A stretch of 64,000 nucleotides of DNA from contig DATAOI010000064.1 in assembly GCA_036265815.1 (NCBI GenBank), forward strand, positions 91,831-155,830, read 5' to 3'. The notes under the pieces were generated by a model. It had not been told where the DNA came from. It ran no database searches and worked only from the letters and a program-made list of their open reading frames with translations. The DNA is from Gemmatimonadales bacterium (GTDB lineage Bacteria; Gemmatimonadota; Gemmatimonadetes; Gemmatimonadales; GWC2-71-9). Shown piece after piece: positions 63,102-64,000 of the stretch (positions are counted from its first letter, which is position 1; each line of letters begins with the position of its first letter). A program made the position numbers and the translations under genes.

Positions 63102-64000
63102 ACCATGTAGTTCGCCGGCGGATTCTCCAGCTGGAGAATCGGCCGATCGATCCTGAACGGCTGGATGTTCCGCTCAGTCCGGCCGTCCAGCGCCAGCTCG
63201 GCGAGAACGCGGCCGATGATGGAAGCGAACTTGTAGCCGTGCCCGCCGCCGATTCCCACGACGGCCTGGGGGCACCCCGGCACGAAGTCGATCACGAAAT
63301 CCCGGTCCGGCGTGAGCGTGTAGAGGCAGGTCTTGGTGTAGATGATGGGCCCCAGGGCGTGGGGGATGCAGCGCCCGAGAAAGTCGACGGTGCGCTGGCG
63401 CGCCGCCGCATCCGGCTCGAAGGTGCGGGTATCGGGATCGACTTCCAGGCCGCCCGCGTCCTGCCCGGCCTTGGGACCCTGTTCGCCGAAGACCGGAAAG
63501 CCGTAGAAGCACGGATCATCCATCCAGATCCAGATGGGAAACCGGTCCGGCTGGAACTCCTCCAAATAGGGGGACGCGAAATAGTTGACCTGCTCCTTGG
63601 TCACCCGGAGCGGGAGCCGGACGCCGAAATTGGCCAACGCGCGATTGGACCAGGAGCCCGCCGCGATGATCAGCCGGCGGCAGCGGTAGCTGCTGTCGCC
63701 CGCCGCGACCACGATCTCGTCACCCACCGGCGTGAGGCCGTGCACCGGGACTCGGTCGCGCACGGTGGCGCCGTGCGCCTGGGCCATGCGGAGATGCGCC
63801 CCGTTGCCCCGGGCCGCCATCGCGATCCCGCTCTCCGGCTGGAAGAGGCCGTGGATGTCGTCGGTCACGGTGAACTGCGGCCAGCGGCGCCGGATTTCCG
63901 GGGCGTCGAGCCGCTCGAATGGAACGCCCGCGGCCGTCATGCTGTCGCTGTAGCTGCTGAGCGGGATGGCGCTCTCCCGGGGAGCGAAGTCGAGGCCCCC
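63098..64000 (-). CDS. FAD-dependent sarcosine / N-methyltryptophan oxidase-like oxidoreductase; 5' end outside the window
   Basis: The frame stays open from 63940 to the window edge (..GGLDFAPRESAIPLSSYSDSMTAAGVPFERL..). The C-terminal pattern GGGHGYKFASIIG is typical of MSOX/SolA enzymes. Confidence 0.8.
   Translation of the reverse strand, partial: GGLDFAPRESAIPLSSYSDSMTAAGVPFERLDAPEIRRRWPQFTVTDDIHGLFQPESGIAMAARGNGAHLRMAQAHGATVRDRVPVHGLTPVGDEIVVAAGDSSYRCRRLIIAAGSWSNRALANFGVRLPLRVTKEQVNYFASPYLEEFQPDRFPIWIWMDDPCFYGFPVFGEQGPKAGQDAGGLEVDPDTRTFEPDAAARQRTVDFLGRCIPHALGPIIYTKTCLYTLTPDRDFVIDFVPGCPQAVVGIGGGHGYKFASIIGRVLAELALDGRTERNIQPFRIDRPILQLENPPANYMV

Overview
High-G+C bacterial chromosomal segment with a strong GC3 bias. 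G+C was judged by eye, not computed. Many long ORFs in the six-frame track are antisense or out-of-frame shadows of real genes, and I trimmed or rejected them. From left to right the window contains the following. (1) A 5'-truncated vWA protein, a small lipoprotein-like ORF and an M48 metalloprotease. (2) A tightly packed minus-strand Tad/Flp pilus operon from 16523 down to 3585: flp, cpaA/tadV, tadE, cpaB, cpaC, tadG, cpaE, cpaF, tadB, tadC. It is followed without gaps by DUF192, an AAA+ ATPase, a membrane-anchored repeat protein and a UDP-xylose-synthase-like SDR. (3) A roughly 19-kb envelope-glycoconjugate cluster (17.1-36.4 kb). It holds three large GT-C-like membrane proteins, three DUF2029-like paralogues, two LtaS/sulfatase-like paralogues, a fused membrane/spermidine-synthase-like protein, two GT2 polyprenyl-phosphate-sugar-synthase-like enzymes, a methyltransferase, a Cys-rich repeat protein and a Yip1 protein. 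(4) Peptidases (M28, oligopeptidase B, M20), NDH-2, redox proteins and a catabolic block (aldehyde dehydrogenase, fumarylacetoacetase, Rieske oxygenase, agmatinase-family enzyme, sarcosine-oxidase-like enzyme truncated at the right edge). No rRNA, tRNA, CRISPR, transposase or integrase was recognised. The most unusual signals are these. (a) An intergenic family of hairpin-forming palindromes is built from tandem 10-bp GGTGRGGCAR units. One copy carries a four-helix-bundle (23S rRNA IVS-type) gene between directly repeated G-rich arms. (b) A peroxiredoxin-like gene has an in-frame TGA exactly at the redox-active Cys position (W-U-S-H-C), followed by a hairpin, making it a candidate selenoprotein. 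(c) There are several start/stop oddities: a GT2 gene whose conserved N-terminus lies upstream of any canonical start codon, a GT-C ORF with no stop before the next gene, and a 119-bp-period tandem duplication of the tadE 3' end. All functional calls rest on motif recognition by eye; no database search was run.
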